A DNA stretch of 64,000 nucleotides from Ostrea edulis (lineage: Eukaryota): NCBI RefSeq assembly GCF_947568905.1, contig NC_079171.1:66402001-66466000 (forward strand). The letters are read 5' to 3'. Below the pieces are notes generated by a model. It worked only from the letters and a program-made list of their open reading frames with translations. It was not told the DNA's origin and did not search any database. Position numbers and translations under genes: made by a program. Shown in pieces: positions 13,001-25,509 of this stretch. Positions within the stretch are counted from its first letter, which is position 1. Every line of letters starts with the position of its first letter.

Positions 13001-15467
13001 GGAGCTACTAGGTTATGATTCAAATAAATCACAATACTTAGTTGAGGGATTTTGTAGAGGGTTTAGGTTAGGTTGTGTAGGCGCACCCTCGCAGTTGTGT
13101 TAAGTAGGGCCATATAAATATGTCAGGAAAAAAGCGTCAATAAACAGATCAATTTGTGACAAATTCTGTAAACACAGCCCTTTTATACAAAAACAATATG
13201 TATATATCATTAAGTGCATATTGACCTCTTATACATTTTTCACCAGACCGACAGTCTCTACATCAACTCTGTATCACGTGATCAATCATCAAGATAAAAA
13301 CGTATCGTATATGTATAAATCGTTAAATTGGCACGATATCCAGATATCAATGCAAGTTGAAGTTAATATAACTTCAAAGCATATTAATTTCTTAATTTGA
13401 AAAGTGCTGAGAGCAAGTTTATCGTGACTTGTAACATGTCTAATTTTTGTATTGAATATGCAAGATGCAGCGATTTTTAGACATACGAAGTTGAATCTAG
13501 CCTGAAAAACATATTTTCTGTTGAAGCCAGAACTTGGTCCCCTAACTTTCCTCTGGCACTGAAGTTCACATGTCACATAAATCAAACATCTTTCACTTAA
13601 AAACCTCGGGGTGTCGTGCCAATAATGAAATTTTTATGTACGGAAACCCTGTTTATGCAAATGAGTCCATTGTGAAAGTAACTATACGTGTAGATTAGGG
13701 GCGATATCAAGATCACAATATAATATGGATATTACTTTAGCATGTATGCTATATAAAGAAGAAATTGAAACTTTTTCAATATCAAAGAGAATTAATATAA
13801 CCCATTTGACAGAAACTTTTACGCGATTGCAGTTTGCCATTTGACAGAGGTGGTAAATAACGAAACAATATTTTGACATTTCCAACCACAAAAGGACTGT
13901 AGATATGTACGTCATGACCTTCGTCGTGACGTATTTTTCATTGTGACGTCGTGCAATATGCCAGTGCGGTAAAGTATATGTATGTACATCACTGGTATTA
14001 AACAATTTATGGGGAAAGCCTTAACTCAACCGCGCTTGGGATCTTCACCACAGAATCATAAGTCAACTAGGGACCATGTGGAGGTCATTAATGAGTACAT
14101 ATTGAAAGAAATACAAGCACAACGAATAGCAGGCCCCTTTGATGATCCGCCTTGAACAAATTTTGTTACATTACCATTAGGCATTGTTCCCAAATCAGAA
14201 GTAGGTAAATATAGAGTAATTCATGACTTATCATTCCCCGAAGGTCAGTCAGTTAATACATACATTCCTCGTGAAAATTCCAAAGTTCAATATGATACAA
14301 TAGACAAAGTTATTTCACTAGTACAATATTTTGGGCGGGGGGCTTTTATGGCAAAATCTGACATTAAGGATGCTTTCCGCATAGTGCCCATACATCCATC
14401 AGACTATCATCTTCTTGGGTTTACCTGGAAAAGTAAATATTATGACCGCTGCCTCCCCATGGGAGCCAGTAGCTCATGCAAAATATTTGAGGAGTTTAGT
14501 CAGGCTCTGGTTTGGATCATGCTCAACAAATATCATGCATCGGGGATATCCCATATCCTTGATGATTTCTTTTTCATTTCATCCAGTGTCGAAAAATGTC
14601 GGGAGGACTTATCACGGTTCCTTTTTTGTGTAACCAGGTTAATATACCTATCAATATGGCCAAAAATGTTGCCCCTACAACACAGTTAATTATATATGGC
14701 ATGGAAGTTGATTCTCTCGTCATGGAATGTAGGTTGCCCAGGAGAAAATTATAAAAATTAGCAGCAAGCTCAGTGATTTCTGTCATCGGAAGAATGTACA
14801 CCTATGTGAATTACAATCCCTTATAGGCTTGTTAAATTTTGCTTGTACCTGGCACAGGTAGGGCTTTCTTGCGACGCCTTATCGATTTAACTTGTAATAT
14901 TTCAAAACCCTTCCATTTTGTTTATCTCACCAAAGAGGCACGTGCTGACCTAAGTATGTGGTTCCAGTTCATCTCGCACTTCAATGGAAAATCAGTTTCC
15001 CTCCCTTAACAATGGGACTCCTCTGATTACATAAGTCTGTACACGGATGCGTCAGGGTCAATTGGATTTGCGGCAGTGTTGGGATCACACTGGTTTGCGC
15101 AGTCTTGGTCGAAAGAACTTGATCATTTCCAGATTGCAATTAAGGAACTCTTTCCCATTGTCTTGGCTTTAGAAATATGGGGAGGACAACTACAAAATAG
15201 AAGGATTCTTTTTCTAACCGACAACATGTCAATAGTACAAATCATTAACAAACAATCTAGCAAAGACAAAACTATCATGATACTTATCAAGAGGCTTGTG
15301 CTTGCTGGCCTTTACAACAATATTCACTTCAAAGCCAAACATATTAGGGGAAATTGAATGTAATTGCAGACAAGCTATCTCGTTTTCAATTCCAGGCAGC
15401 TCGGCAACTAGCACCGGATCTGGAGGAATGTCAGATACTCATCCCACACTCTCTTCTACACATTTAG
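12960..15467 (+). pseudogene. RT-RNase H (pol) of the YR retrotransposon, split by a MITE
   Basis: GFRLG; RIAGPF; PLGIVPK; YRVIHDLSFP; AKSDIKDAFR; LPMGASSS; HILDDF (catalytic); YTDASG; IAIKELFPIV; TDNMSIV; NVIADKLSR. Several stops and frameshifts. Confidence 0.9.
13090..14034. mobile_element. 945-bp non-autonomous DNA transposon (MITE) with 15-bp TIRs and a 2-bp CT duplication
   Basis: CGCAGTTGTGTTAAG (13090-13104) versus CTTAACTCAACCGCG (14020-14034) match at 13/15 positions. CT lies at 13088-89 and 14035-36. Removal restores the pol reading frame. Confidence 0.8.
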
Positions 15468-16371
15468 CACATGGGGCACGGACACTTTTATCAGCATCCT
15501 TGGCATTATCAACTCAATTAGCGTACCGGCGATCATGGCAACTCTTGCAAACATTTCAAGGTCAGAGAGCTTTACCCTTGCGTGTGGTTGACATATCCAA
15601 CTTTATACCCCACTTGCATGCATCCCATTTTAGTGCAAGTACAGTTTCTTCCCATTTTTCTGCCATAGGCTATGTACACAAGATGCTTGCATTACCGGAC
15701 CCTACACAGCTGTTTATTGTGAAAAAGATACTAAGGGGTTATCACAGGTTGTCTCCCACAGTGGATTCACGCCTGCCAATTGCCAGATATATCTTGCTTC
15801 AGATTATCAAGGCTATACCCCACACCATTTCTGTTTTGGATTATCGTATCATGTTAGAAGCCCTTTTCTCTATTTGTTTTCATGCTTTCCTTAGATTGGT
15901 GAGGTCACAGTAAAACAAGGCATTACATCAGATAAAGTCATTCACCTTCAAGATGTAGAGTTTCAATACAATGGCTCCATTCCCTCCAGAGTGCAATTAG
16001 TATTGCGCTATTTCAAAACCCAAAAAATGAATAAGCCTGTCACAATTTGTGTAGAGGGCTCCCCCACACTGGACCATTGCCCCGTAAAATCATTACACCC
16101 TTATCTGTCGCATTCAGGTCATACATCTGGTCCACTTTTTCAATATAGAGATGGTTCTCCGATTACGTACAATTATGTTTCCAAAGAACTTTCAAACATC
16201 ATTAAGTATGTCAGTCTCAATCCTGCACTATACAAAGGTCACAGTTTTCGCATTGGGGCAGCAACATATGCAGCACAAAAAGGGTACTCGGAGAATTATA
16301 TCCAACAATTAGGTCGCAGGAACTCTAATGCCTTGAAACGCTATATTCGCATACCTACACTTTCTCTTTGA
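15428..16371 (+). pseudogene. Tyrosine recombinase ORF of the retrotransposon
   Basis: N-terminal SAM-like region (SLALSTQLAYRRSW), catalytic R in HAFLR (frameshift just after), HSFRIGAAT and LGRRNS..KRYIR. The usual W appears replaced by R. Confidence 0.9.
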
Positions 16372-16565
16372 TCACTTCACCTCTCCTGAATCAGCCCATT
16401 CGTTGGTGAAGTTCAAATATGCAGGTCCGTGTTTAACTGCTGCATCAAGTTGTTGGCTCATTTCACTCATTGGCTGTACCCGGTTTCTTTCTATACAGGC
16501 CCATTTTTCACCATATATCACTTTTACCAAAAATGCCAGTGTCCTACTACCCAAAAAATGGGGTT

Positions 16566-16795
16566 TACCATGCACGTCAGTGTTTAAGTGTCGCAATTAT
16601 GAGGTCATTATGCAGGTCAGTGTTTAACCGCTGCAACAACGGGGGTTACCATGCAGGTCAGTGTTTAACTGCTGCAACAATGGGGTCACCATGCAGGTCA
16701 GTGTTTAACTGCTGCAACAATGGGGTCACCATGCAGGTCAATGTTTAACTGCTGTAACAACGGGGGCTACCATGCAGGTCAGTGTTTAACTGCTG
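16566..16795 (+). repeat. 40-41-bp minisatellite, ~6 units, 3' of the YR ORF
   Basis: CCATGCAGGTCAGTGTTTAACTGCTGCAACAAYGGGG repeats in tandem. A lone core copy lies at 16419-16447. Confidence 0.95.
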
Positions 16796-17819
16796 TGGAA
16801 AAAAACCCAATCCATTTCCCTTCCCACTTTAAAGTACCTGTTTTAGGCATATTTGCGTGCTGACTCACCAACAGGGTCCAACCGAAATATCCATTAATTA
16901 CCTCCGTTATGGTTGAATTGTAGTTAAGTTTTTCACAACTTATGTATATAAATGTTTGAATTTGTTACACAATTTACAAGACAGCTCACCTTGGATGGCT
17001 CTGAATATGATTTGTTAATCATATCTTTGGCCCTTTTTGTTCGCCATCTTTTTGCTTGTTGTACAATTTGGAACAAGTTTCCAAGGTCTGTATTTTAACT
17101 AGTCATTGTTTGTTATTTGTGATAATCATGTATGGGGAAAATCAGGACAGATGTGTTGAAATCCTATGTAATTACATTGTATGTATCTACTGATTTTCCC
17201 CTGGTTGAACTGGTCAGTACCATATTTATCTGTGAAATTATCTATATGGGAGAAATCAGAAATGATGGGTTTATATATTGTGCAAGATTATGACAGTGTT
17301 TGTGGATCGCTGATGTCCCCCCTTCTTTGTATTAACCTTTATCTTCGTCATGTGTTGTCTAAAATAAATGACATATTTCATTCTCATACACTTTTACAGT
17401 GTTGATTTTTAAAGCAAAAACAAGCTTAGGTGAGCTATCCTCTTGAAAAGGAAATAGTATGAGACATAAATAGATATCATGGTATATTGGGTTTTAACGT
17501 TTGCTGGTTTCTTTATAATTTATTTTGTTTTATTTTGAGGAAAGAAAATGTAGATTTCATTTTTTTTAAACGTAAGATTAAAGCAAATTTAAAGATTTTG
17601 ACTTTTTTCTTTATAATTGCTAGAAAAAGAAAATTGACTTTTCTTTTGAATGTTTGATGAATCCTGTCATATACTTTTTTTGCAAATACTTTAATTTCTG
17701 AACATTATATGCTTCCAGAAAGTATTAAAAAAATCGATACTTTAGTAAATGTACATGTGCATTGATGTATCAAATTGAACCCCTCTGCATCACAAAATAT
17801 CAACGTATTATTACACCCT

Positions 17820-17960
17820 CATTGAGAACCACTGAGCCAATTTCAATCAAACTTGGAACAGTAAAGGTGTTCCTATGAAAGAGACTTTTTAACAGGATGG
17901 GTGTCCTACAAAATCTATCAGAACTACAATTTGTGATATTACTATACAAGCATCCTGAAA
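17820..17960 (+). repeat. Remnant resembling the oyster Helitron-associated (Cg170-like) repeat
   Basis: GAACCACTGAGCCAATTTCAATCAAACTTGG and AAGCATCCTG motifs. Recalled similarity only. Confidence 0.35.
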
Positions 17961-20900
17961 TGTATAGGGGTACAGTAGGAAACTTGTCAAGTTTTTTAAA
18001 AGGAAAAATTAAAGCAAAACATGTGCATGTGTGAAGTAATGGCTTTCAGTAACAATACAGAGGTTTTGAAATGGACAGAAAGCCTACAATGATGCTGAAA
18101 TGTTTTGGAATCCAAGTAATATAGATACACACTGATATCATCCAGAATGAATCAAGCATCCATCAGTTTTTGAGGATTAGTTGCAAAGACATGTAAATGA
18201 TTAAGTATTTTCAACATAATATAGAAGATATACTCAAAATAGATTTCTTATACATATCTATTGTTGGATATTTCCATATGCCAAATCCATTCTCAAGATT
18301 CTATCTACATGGGAATGTAATTTGTTCTTTGCTTCAAGCCTCTTCTTTATATCCCCTTAACATGTGGATAGTTTTAAAAAAATTACTTTGACTGTGGTCA
18401 TTTTTTGACTTCATTCACAAGAATATTTTTCTGAAACATTGAAAAAAGGAAGCATACTATTCTTATGTATTTAAGAATATGTCTTGTTCAGGTGTTATGT
18501 GTACTGATTGTGGGATACAATTGTGCTTAATTAAAGAATTAAGCACATTTGCCGACATGATATACGCTTACAGTTAAAACAAGTTTAGTTTGGAAAAACA
18601 TAATATAACCTATGATATAACCTGCATATGTATACAAGTTTAGAAGTTATTATGATGAAGTAGGATAAAACCATGTTACATCAAACTGAAGAAAAAAGCC
18701 AACCAAAATAATAAATATTATCGTTATATAAAAGATATGTAAATAAAAAAAAACTCTCAAGTTTCGAATCATCCGCAGCTCACAAGTTGGCGAAAAAAAT
18801 AAACGTCTTAACCATATACAATGTATATTTACACCCAGTCACAGTACCTTGAATAAGAGTTTGCTCAAGCATATTTTTTTTTTCCTTAGAAAAGTTTGTC
18901 TTTCATATAGAATTAATGTAGAATGAAAATTTTATTAATTCATAAATCAATTGTCATGGCTATTGCTGACCCAATTTACACTAAATCAGTAAAACGTTCA
19001 ACAGAATAAAGGAGATGCTTCACTAACAGAATATCACTTTCCTATGGACTCTGGAGAAATTGAGATGTACCGATGTATAATTTATTGTCAACAGAGCGTG
19101 GAATCCTTCTCGCCGTGTACGTCCTCATTCTTTCCCTTACCAAAATTGGACCAGATTCATTTTTTCAAGAGGAATATCTCAATTAGTCCACTTTGCTTCT
19201 CTGATATGATTGTTTTGGCACTTAACACTATAATACAATGTAACTTCATTGTTTAATTTCATGAAATGTTGTCAGAAGTCAGGGTTCAACCAGGAACAAA
19301 GCTGGATCAAATTTTAACGTAGTTAGGGTCAATTTCAACTGCAATATTAACTCTAGTTCGTTTTCCTACGTTGATAAACGTTAATTTGAAAAATGAACCA
19401 CACAGTACATGTTTAGGTTTAACGCATTTTGTGTCATTGAACAAAATTGCATGATCATATATTATGTTTCTTCAGTTTTCTTTCTGATTTTTATTTAGCT
19501 GAATCAAACAGATACACGATATACATAATTGCAAAAATTAAAACATAATTTCAATGCAAGCAACAATTCGGTCGCTAACATTTTTAGCACTCTAAACAAA
19601 TAGGGAAAGACACTGATATCTTTTACACACGTTAACACTGTCATAAAGAAGACCTGAATATATGATTTTGAAAGAAAATATTAATGCATCAAATGTCATT
19701 TAAACCTTTAAATTTACTATTGCAATGTGGAAGGCGTGATACATATATTTGCTCATTGATTGATTTTAAGAGGAGTATTTAATCAAACATGTACTCTTTA
19801 TAGATTTTTATTGAAGTATCGGATCTATTTGGGGTGCGTATAAGGCACCTTGTATTTAGATTTTTTTTAAAAATTGCTTCGAAATGTTTAATGTATCATA
19901 TGATGCACGTAGCATCGTTTTTTCTCAGCGCGGGGCGCAACCGGAGGAAATGTCGACTTCACTATAACCTAAAATTCTTGACAAGCAAATACACAAAGCT
20001 TATAATTCATCACGTTATGTCTGATCCTCAAATTCCTTAAAGGGGTTAGAACTAATTAAAGATCTGAGAAGTCACCAAATCTTGATTTCTGAAATCGTGC
20101 GGGAAAATAGCGCTTGTCGTAGAATTCGAAATTCCAAGCAATGCTACTATAAAATACTGTGGATATGTTTTGGAGGGGGATACATAACTACCTTCCCTTG
20201 CATTTGAAAATTGCTAACTTTGTCTGTAAAACTAACGGAAAATGAACATTGTCAAAAAATGGGGGGAGGGGGTCAAACATTTCTCATGACTCTCCTAGTT
20301 CTACGTGACTACATAATTATCTAATAAGAAATGAACAGAATAGATCGTTTTAATACACTGGATATATGCTAAGTTATGATGCGGGTTACTTATGTGGTAC
20401 ATGCCCATAATTATAAACGGTATTTAAAAATTTGAACTGCATGTTCACTACATACGCCAAATATCCTTTTCCTGGGATCTGAACCAGGAATTATGAATCT
20501 AAACGTAAATGGAAGAAAATATGTAGAATAATCAATACATGTATTTTGTTTTAATGACGTTGAAGGGGGGGGGGGGTGTGGGTCGTTGTGGCACGGTCCT
20601 GTAGCCTTAACTGTTAATAATTAGGCAAGGATAATGCATTTCACATGAAGTGTTGACCTTCTGACAGACTGGTGAAGCAAATTATTTCGGTAAAAACTTT
20701 TTTTAAATCATTACCCTCCCCCACAAAATATCTACTAGCCATGGAGTTCCAAATCCCTTCAAAAGTGCGGTCACACGATGCATTTTTTAATATTATCCGA
20801 TTTCCATTAATCTTTCCCATTTTACTTTAATGTTTGAGATTTTTTGTTATTTAACTTTAGCATGAATGTGTCAAGTTTCCGTAAAAGGAATTAAATAATT

Positions 20901-21910
20901 TGAATTATAAAAAGAGAACTCTCTATGCGTCTTAAGGAAGTTTTAAACTCGACAGTTTCAGTCCATTCTAGCTAAAATGTAACTTTTAAAAGACCAATAT
21001 TGAATGAAAAATTAAATCAGTAACTAAGGTGTAATCTTCTCACGATTCGGCGTCTCAACATCTCTCGTATCAAGAATATTTGAATATGTATCGGGCCACC
21101 ATTTTTCCTCTCCTGATCCTATGGAGATGACAAACAGAAAATACAATTACTTCACCCTAATTATCGTACTGTGTTGAAATCGTGTAAGGAGTACGTTTAT
21201 GTTTGAGGGTCTCGTGCATTTTCGAGATACAAATATCTGATATGTCCTAGAATTGTGCGGAAACGGATGGAACCATAGCGTACTTTTTTACATACCAATC
21301 AATGAAACTATTGGGAGCTGTTTCTTGCAAGTCTCCTGAAACAGCTAAACAGACTTAGTAGTACAGATAGATAAACAGACAGTTTGACAGATATATATTT
21401 TATTTTAGTATTTCATATAATTAATTCATAACCTAATAAACATTAAATTCATAACGTAATAGATAATAAATTATGTTTGAAAAGAGTTTTGGAAGGAATA
21501 TATCTGTTTATAAAGAAGTCCCTATACTATCACCACAAATATACATTCTTGTTGCAGATGACGCAATGCAATGATCACCAGGTTTCTGTTCGTCGTTTTG
21601 CACCCACCGCATTTGCCCCTCAAGGTGGAAAACAAAATTGAAAACTAATTGCTCATCTAAAAGGGCACCACCACTCATCTCCCAAAAGATGATTTGGCTT
21701 TTCATAAAATGAAAACCCCAATTGATCCCAGGGTGAAAACGAAAATTTTGAAACTTTATTGCACATTTATATGACACCGCCAATTATCTTCCAAAAGATT
21801 AGTTGGCTAGTAGGTAAAACAGGGAACCAAATGTATGAAATCTGGGAACTAGGTTTTTTTTTTTTTTATAGAAAAACAATTTTTGAACACCATTTTGTTC
21901 CCATTAGTAC

Positions 21911-22104
21911 CTCGTTCGCACGACATAATATCTCGTCTGCACGACTTTTAAATTACCTCGTTCGCACGAGTTAATTATCTCGTTCGCACGACTTATTTTC
22001 TCGTTAGAACGACATATTTTCTCGTTCGCACGACATATTTTCTCGTTCACACGACATATTATGTCGTTTGCACGACATAATATCTCAGGCGAACGACATA
22101 ATTT
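21911..22104 (+). repeat. ~21-bp tandem repeat, ~9 units
   Basis: CTCGTTCGCACGACATA(A/T)TWT repeated. Confidence 0.9.
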
Positions 22105-22826
22105 CCTTATTTTATTTAAAACTTCTATATTTGTGCAGTCATTTTTATCACCAATCGGGACTGTACATTTCTTTAATATGAAATATGACTTGGACATGTT
22201 TTGTTAATCATGAAAAGTCAAATTGAAATAATAATAAATATCGGTATAAATACAAATCAATACTTAAAATATGATGATCGTATGTGCCTCAGCTCTTTGT
22301 CTTTCAAGAATGTTGTTTTTCCAACACTGACCCACATAAGATATCAAATCACTTGGAAATTGTATAACTAGGATGGACTGCTCTAACTTAGCCATAACAT
22401 CCCGCTGTGTCATTCCATTAATACATTGAAAGTCCAGATATTGCAGCTCTGGGGTGCATTTATTTGTAATGAATGCACGCAACAATTAATATTGTTGAAC
22501 ATGTTTTTTTTTGGGAGGGGGGGGGAGTGGACACGTTCATATGCTTTTGGATTTTGTTTGTAACGTTTGGAATTTTTTTTAATCATTTAATTATTATTTT
22601 AAAAAATCATCCTCACTTCTGATTAAAATAATACTGTAATTTAATTGACATCATTTAAAAAAGTTTTATGTACAACAAGGAAATTGCTTTTCTTTTTTAG
22701 TTTCAAAGAAAATTTTTAACCATTTATTTACAAAGGTAACTTAGAGAAAAACGTATTATTTCACATGTTTTATAAGCATCACGAAACCGTTTTTAAATAA
22801 TGTTTGAAAGGAAGCTAGATAATCAT

Positions 22827-24418
22827 GGTTACATGAGGAACATGTTTTGGTTCCAGCTGACAAAGCTAGTAACAACATTGTCTTTGTTTCTAAGGCTCAT
22901 TATTACAACTGCATTTTAAACGAACTTGGCATTAATTCCACTTTTAGTAATCATACTTATACCCCAACTGCCCTTTCAAAAGATGAAAATCTTCAAAACC
23001 ATGCTTCAGTTTTAGACCCATTCAATATCCCAGTCAATGGGTCGAATGAATATGAGTTACCGTACTTATACTGGATTCCTAAACTACATAAAAACCCTTA
23101 AAAACAAAGATACATTGCTGGATCCAGTAAGTGCTCTACCAAGCCCCTATCTTTGCTCCTCACAAAAATATTAACAGCTGTGAAGGAGAAACTTCAAACT
23201 TATTGGGCGAATACATATACCAGAAGTTGTGCTATTCAAATGTGGATTCTAAAAACATAAGAACTTTTGGTAAACTTGAAATCGCAGAATTTCTCCCAAA
23301 TCAATAACATTAAAATATATGACTTTTCAACATTACACACGACCATTCCTCACGATAAATTAAAGACTAGACTTTTTGACATCATAGACAGTTGCTTCTT
23401 CAACAAAAATGGAAAACGGAAATATTCAGATCTAGTGATTAGTCATTGAAAAACTTACTTTATTAAACAACACTCTGATTCCACGCATAAGTACTCTGAA
23501 GTTGAAATAAAAAATATGCTAGAGTTCCTCATTGACAATATCTTCGTGGTCTTTGGTTATCAGGTCTTCCAACAATATGTTGGAATTCCCATGGGCACGA
23601 ATTGTGTTCCTTTGTTAGGTGACCTGTTTCTATATTCATACGAAGCAGAATTTATTCAAAAACTTCTACGCGAGAAGAAAAAAAATATCTCGCTGTGGCC
23701 TTCAATTCGACATTTAGATATATCGATGATGTGTTGTCTATTAACAATAATAGCTTTCATTCATATGTCGATTTGATATATCCCTGCGAGCTCGGAAGAA
23801 AGATCACCACAGAGTCGTCCACTTCTGCTTCATACTTAGATATTTTATTGAAAGTAGACATTAACAGCAAACTGACAACTCTAGTGTATGACAAACGGGA
23901 TGATTTCAGCTTCTCCATCGTCAACTTTCCATATTTATGTAGCAATATCCCATTATCACTTGCATATGGTGTTTATATATCTCAACTGATTCGATATGCA
24001 AAAGCTTGTTCTGGGTATAGTCAGTTTTTAAATCGAGGTAAGCAACTGACAAACAAGTTGATGGTACAGGGGTTTCAACATTATCGATTGAAGACAGCAT
24101 TTCGGAAATTTTATGGTCGTTATAACGACCTAGTTCGTCAATACAACCTCGCATTGGGTCAAATGCTGTATGATGTATTTCATACCGATTGTTCAGCCGT
24201 TCTTGGCACACTGATTATGACTGCGGATAACTCCATTTACCTGATCAGGATATAGGGCTCACGGCGGGTGTGACTGGTCAACAGGGGATGTTTACTCCTC
24301 CTATGCACCTGATCCCACCTCTGGTATGTCCAGGGGTCCGTGTTTGTCCAACTATATATTTTGTATTGCTTTGTAGGAGTTATGAGATTGATCATTGTTC
24401 GTTATCTTCACCTTGCAT
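22827..24418 (+). mobile_element. 5'-truncated Penelope-like retroelement (probable Naiad type): RT plus 3' tail
   Basis: VPADKASNN, YWIPKLHK, YDFSTLHTTIPH, GIPMGTN and FRYIDD. The RT ends near DVFHTDC with no GIY-YIG domain following it. A ~170-bp tail (24256-24418) recurs many times in the window. Confidence 0.85.
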
Positions 24419-24459
24419 CTTGAAGACGAATTTTAAAAAAAAATAATGATGTTATATAT

Positions 24460-24876
24460 TTACATTTATGAGAACTGAATGCATACTGATGTATGCAGAT
24501 GATATGACAGTTTTTGCTGAGAAAATACACGAGCTTCTAAATATGTTACATGTGTTACATATGAATATACGAATACATGGGATCTTTTTATTAATGTATA
24601 GAAAACAAAAGTAGTTATTTTTAGGACTGGAGCTAAAATTAAACCTACAGAAAATGGAATCTGAATGGTCAGCCACTCGAGATTGTTGACATATTTGTAT
24701 ATCTTTGTATTTTACTTAACTTTAATGGTAACTTCAATTGTACTCTAAAACAATTAGCTTGTCAAAGCAGAAAAGCCAAGTTTTTTATTGACATATCAGG
24801 TTAGAAATATGTGTTTGAACACAGAAACACTACTTTCACTTTTTGATTCATATGTAGCAAGTATTCTGAACTATGG
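24460..24876 (+). mobile_element. CR1/L2-like LINE RT remnant
   Basis: Frameshifted translation gives LMYADDMTVFAE, KTKVVIF, NGQPLEIVDIFVYL, KQLACQSRKA and ETLLSLFDSYVASILNYG. Confidence 0.7.
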
Positions 24877-25509
24877 TTAAGTTTAAGGTGGTCACGGTGT
24901 ATTTTGAAACTGGGGGGCTACCTATGAAAATTATTCGCTTTTTTAGGGTGTTCAAATTTTGGTTTAAAGTGTTAGGTAGTGAAAACTGTATAATAATAAA
25001 TTGTTATGATGAATTATATGTTAAATGTGATAAAACGAAAAACTGTAAAAAAAAAAAAAAATTGGCTTATTGTATTAAACAAAAATCGTATGTTACGGGT
25101 CTAGGATATATCTGGTGTGAACAAGACGGTGGTAGTTGTAATGCTTTTTCCAGTTATAAAACAAAGATTAGTTTAGTAGAGCAAACTACCTGTTCCTCGA
25201 AATACATTGTTTATAAGCATGTTATTGATCACCTTTCCTGTGTATATTACCTTTGTAAGCCTATACCTATTATGTACAAAACGCAAATTAGTCGTATTTG
25301 ACTATTTTCTCACAATCTTGAAATCGAGAGAGGACGTTACAACAATGCACTTAGGGAAAATATAGAGTATGTGAATTTTGCAAAAATAAATTGGAGGACG
25401 AATACCACTTTGTTTAATATGTCCTCACTTTGAAGAACTTGTGTAAAAAAAAAATCGACAAAAAGCATCTATATTCATTCTATGCAAACCATTATTGGTT
25501 TCAAAGTTT

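Larger units (their letters stand above)
10168..16800 (+). mobile_element. Tyrosine-recombinase retrotransposon (Ngaro-like), decayed; exact termini not identified
   Basis: Order is SGNH hydrolase, gag with zinc finger, overlapping RT/RNase H, then overlapping YR. No DAM methylase domain was seen, which fits Ngaro better than DIRS1. Confidence 0.8.

Noticed and set aside
23445-23450. In-frame TGA in the PLE RT as selenocysteine
   Set aside because: It is a single TGA in a copy that also has TAA stops and frameshifts, and no SECIS-length stem was seen in the tail.
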